Source of the DNA: Amoeboradix gromovi X-113
Taxonomy: Eukaryota > Fungi > Sanchytriomycota
Direction: 5' to 3'
Assembly: GCA_018985225.1 (NCBI GenBank)
Contig: JADGIF010000078.1
Span: 1 to 22,829, forward strand
DNA length: 22,829 nucleotides
The notes below the pieces were generated by a model that worked only from the letters and a program-made list of their open reading frames with translations, ran no database searches and was not told the origin of the DNA. Within the stretch, counting starts at the first letter, position 1. Every line of letters starts with the position of its first letter. The position numbers were made by a program, and so were the translations under genes. Below are positions 19,801 to 22,829 of this stretch, one piece after another.

Positions 19801-22262
19801 GTGTCAACACTTATGCTAGTTAGCTCTTTAGAGTCTTCATCTGTTATTGTGATCTTTACAGTCTCTATTGAATTCAGTTTGTTTTTGTTAATCTTAGCTT
19901 TTTTCGCCAATACATGGGTTTTTTCCATTTCTTTGGCTATAGATTCTACAGTAATTCGCGAGCTGCTTTTGTTTTGCTTTACAGAATTAGCTGGTAGTTC
20001 GTCTTCATGCTCAATTGATTTTGCGTTAAACATATCTCTGATTTCTTTACTGGTTTTCACATTAGGATTTAGCTTTATTATAAATGTTGGATCCATGTTA
20101 TGCTTTATGCAGTTGCGAACGTATTCACACTCTAAGACTTGCTGCGATTTATCGAACATTTCCAACCCATACTCGCCTTGAATACACAACATCTCTGCAT
20201 CGATGACTTGACCAAGTAGCGAGGTAATCTTGGAACTGGTTTTATCTAAAATGACAGAGAAATCGGAGTATTTGGAAAGCACAAAATTGGTGTGAACGTT
20301 TTGTGGGAGTTTGACTACTACCAGGAACATCTTAAGCTCCAAATTTCGATCAAACTGAGCGTTTGAGTTAGAAATAGATAAATTCTCAAGAGAATCAGCA
20401 CTGCGTTTGATAACAGGCTTCTTATCACTAACAGCACGATTCACAGCATCATTAAGACTAATGTTGGTAGTTTTAGAATTAATAATTAATGTTGGAATTT
20501 TAAGTTTGTGCAAGCAATCCACAACAAACGGGTGGCTAATAAGAAGCTGATTTTCAGAAAATTTATCATTGTTCGCTGAGGTTAATTCTAGGTCTTGTTG
20601 AGCTACGTTCTGGGACAATAATTTTGTAATTTTCAAGATTGCCTTTTTACGGACATCCAACTCCGTCATGTCGGAATCAAAAGGAAAATTGAAAGGAATT
20701 TGACCCAAAAGAGTAACTTGAATGAACTTTACGGTGGAAATCATTTCGCTCAAGTCTAAAGAATTTTCTTCATTCAACACAGCACTCACCCTTAAATCAT
20801 CATTAGAGCCATTATATAGAAACGTGTCCCGCATGTTAAAGAACACAGGTGCTTTTCTATCCATTTTCTCGTATAATTGAGATATGAAAGTATCTTGAAG
20901 ACCCAGAAAAGGGTAATTAATTCTTGCTAATTTAGCAATAGATTTCCAAATTTTAGAGCTCTCAGGTCTTAAGAATGATATACCTGAGTCTGATATACTG
21001 GATTTCAGGTTGGAGTTTTTATTTAAATCACTTTCTGATAACCTACTTGTTATAGTGCTGTTTTTAAAAGATGGAAATAACGACAATTCCTTTTTGATTA
21101 ACAAAATAGTAAACTTTTTGCCGATGTTTACCAGTCTTTTGATATCTTCGTTTTGATACAATACTGATTCTGTCAAGATGTTACCGTTAACCTCAAAATT
21201 GAATCCTCCACAGTTTATTGAGATGTTAAATTTATCTTTGGCTGCTTTTTCAATTTTGCTCCTTAAAGCATTCATTGACCAGCCGGTATTACATAAAACT
21301 TGGATCTTTTGAGATTTTGGCAAAACAAACTCAACAAAAAATGGAATTGACCGTATTTCTTCAATGCTTTCATCTTGCAAAGACATGGAACTTTTGACCT
21401 TGTATTTTTCATTCCGATTCACATCCTCCGATACAGTACCTTTGGGCTGCAATTTTTGAGGATGTGGTATGTTAATCATCATGTCAATCGCATCTCTTTT
21501 CACTTTTGTTATTTTTCTGAGAAATAGCTCAGGGCATTGACCATCCTCACCAAAAGAAATCACATTCTTAAGGTCTTTCAGTCGAACTGTGCTGGCCACC
21601 GGATTTGAGTCAAATCTTAAACTTAATCCGTACTCGTATTTCTTGCCAGTGAAGTTGTATTGGGAATACCCTGCCTTTATAGCGTCATCTACTATCTTGT
21701 CTATTGTTGTGTCTCGAGGCACGAATACCACAGTTCTCTGTTGCTCTGGGAATATAATAGCCAACGATACAAAATCATCATTTACGGAAGTACGAGGCAT
21801 TAAGGAAATGAGCTCACTGTGTTTTGGACTATCTACTTCACTCATAAATTGCTTAAAGATTGTAGAATTTGTGAATGCGATGTGTAAATAAATTTGGATG
21901 CCCAATTTTAATTCTTCCCATTGTAATGATGTAACAATTTCGCCAAAATTAGATTGTAATTCAAAATCATCTACATCGATTGGAATACCAAATAGTGTCT
22001 TCATTTTAGAACACACCTTGACATAGACAGTCTCCAGGGAACTCTCATCAGACAAGACTATATTGGTGTTGGTGCAGTAGATTATTATCTGAATAGTAAT
22101 CATATTCATAAAATTTACATTAACACGAGATTCTGGTGACACTGCTTTCAGAATGGGACGCGATGTCTTCTTTTTTTCTTTCTCAGATTGAAGCTCCATA
22201 GTATTAGAAACTGACCTCGATCTAAGGTTAGTTGACGACCCAATAAATAAACTTCTCTTCAT
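16880..22262 (-). CDS. Class I-type phosphoinositide 3-kinase catalytic subunit with a long N-terminal extension; exons 22262-17085 and 17065-16880; 1787 aa
   Basis: RBD-like, C2, helical and kinase domains (KSGDDLRQDMLTLQ, LGIGDRHNDNI, HIDFGHFLG) and a basic activation loop KRKFGIKRER. Splicing restores NLFAMMISTGIPEL and the C-terminal WYVH. Confidence 0.94.
17066..17084 (-). other. 19-nt spliceosomal intron in PI3K (phase 0)
   Basis: gtaattaataataatctag; excision joins the kinase domain to its C-terminal helices. Confidence 0.93.
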
Positions 22263-22829
22263 TATATTAAACCGGTAAATTGAGCCACCCTAGAAATTAC
22301 AACAAATTTAGCATTTTCTATGAATTATGGACAAATATTTTAGCAAGTTCGTTCAACTTAAGCAGAATTCTTGCTGATTTTATAAACGATCAGTTGATTA
22401 TGAGCCGCTGCAACAGAGTTACAACTATCAATCTCAATTCTATAAACTATATATCGCGATCGCATGGGCTCTGTTGCTCTAATATGTTCAAATTCTATAC
22501 ACTTCTCACGGCATAAAACCTCAATAATCTTCTTTCATCAGCTGCCACTATTCCTAATTAGTCCTTGAGCTCACATTCAGATTTTAATGCTAGTTAGATG
22601 CGTAGATTAAAGTTGAAATGAGCTGCAGCTCGATTGTTTTCTTGAATATATCATTTATCGCGGATTTGTATGCATTTTTGTATAATTTATGACTTTTCTA
22701 ATAGCTCAAATACTCGATATTCTTCCTTTTCGCAAATGGTAAATCAATTTTAAATAAATAATTAACAGGTACAGCATACATTCGTCTCAGACTGATAAGC
22801 TGGTCCAAACATGGAAATTCGATGCCATG

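Noticed and set aside
843-21891. Many short antisense or alternate-frame ORFs in the track (e.g. 843-1088, 960-1253, 1694-1915, 3189-3512, 11864-12172, 15708-16115, 19801-20181)
   Set aside because: They are shadows of well-supported genes, with no domain features.
1-22829. Stop-codon reassignment or programmed frameshifting as the cause of the split ORFs
   Set aside because: Conserved genes end at TAA, TAG and TGA and have no internal stops once the GT-AG introns are removed, and the spliced lengths are all multiples of 3.
22280-22829. ORF 22280-22516(+) and an interrupted - strand frame at the window end (HGIEFPCLDQLISLRR..., faintly like a SWIM/MULE fragment)
   Set aside because: The ORF has a non-ATG start and no motifs. 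The - strand resemblance is too weak and is truncated by the window edge.

Overview
Gene-dense, AT-rich eukaryotic nuclear DNA in the standard genetic code. It is most consistent with a compact-genome opisthokont, probably an early-diverging fungus (inference from nuclear ATP1, fungal-like RACK1/B55, a complex I subunit and a retained class I PI3K). Nine recognisable genes: NDUFA6, ATP1, a CHORD-CHORD-CS protein, a full-length ABCB transporter, PP2A B55/CDC55, an RRM-RGG-RRM protein, RACK1, an FHA-GAF-adenylyl cyclase and a class I PI3K, plus two orphan ORFs. Three signals stand out. (1) Four genes that look split in the ORF track are each joined by a spliceosomal intron of exactly 19 nt, consensus GTAWTT-N5-TAAY-NNAG, with the putative branch A fixed at -6. 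(2) The only longer intron (95 nt, RACK1) has the same 3' geometry and carries a U24-like C/D snoRNA. (3) The apparently intergenic DNA just upstream of RACK1 is a decayed Fanzor/TnpB-type RNA-guided nuclease gene, followed by a hairpin that may be an omega-RNA remnant. All family assignments come from motif recognition by eye, not from database searches.
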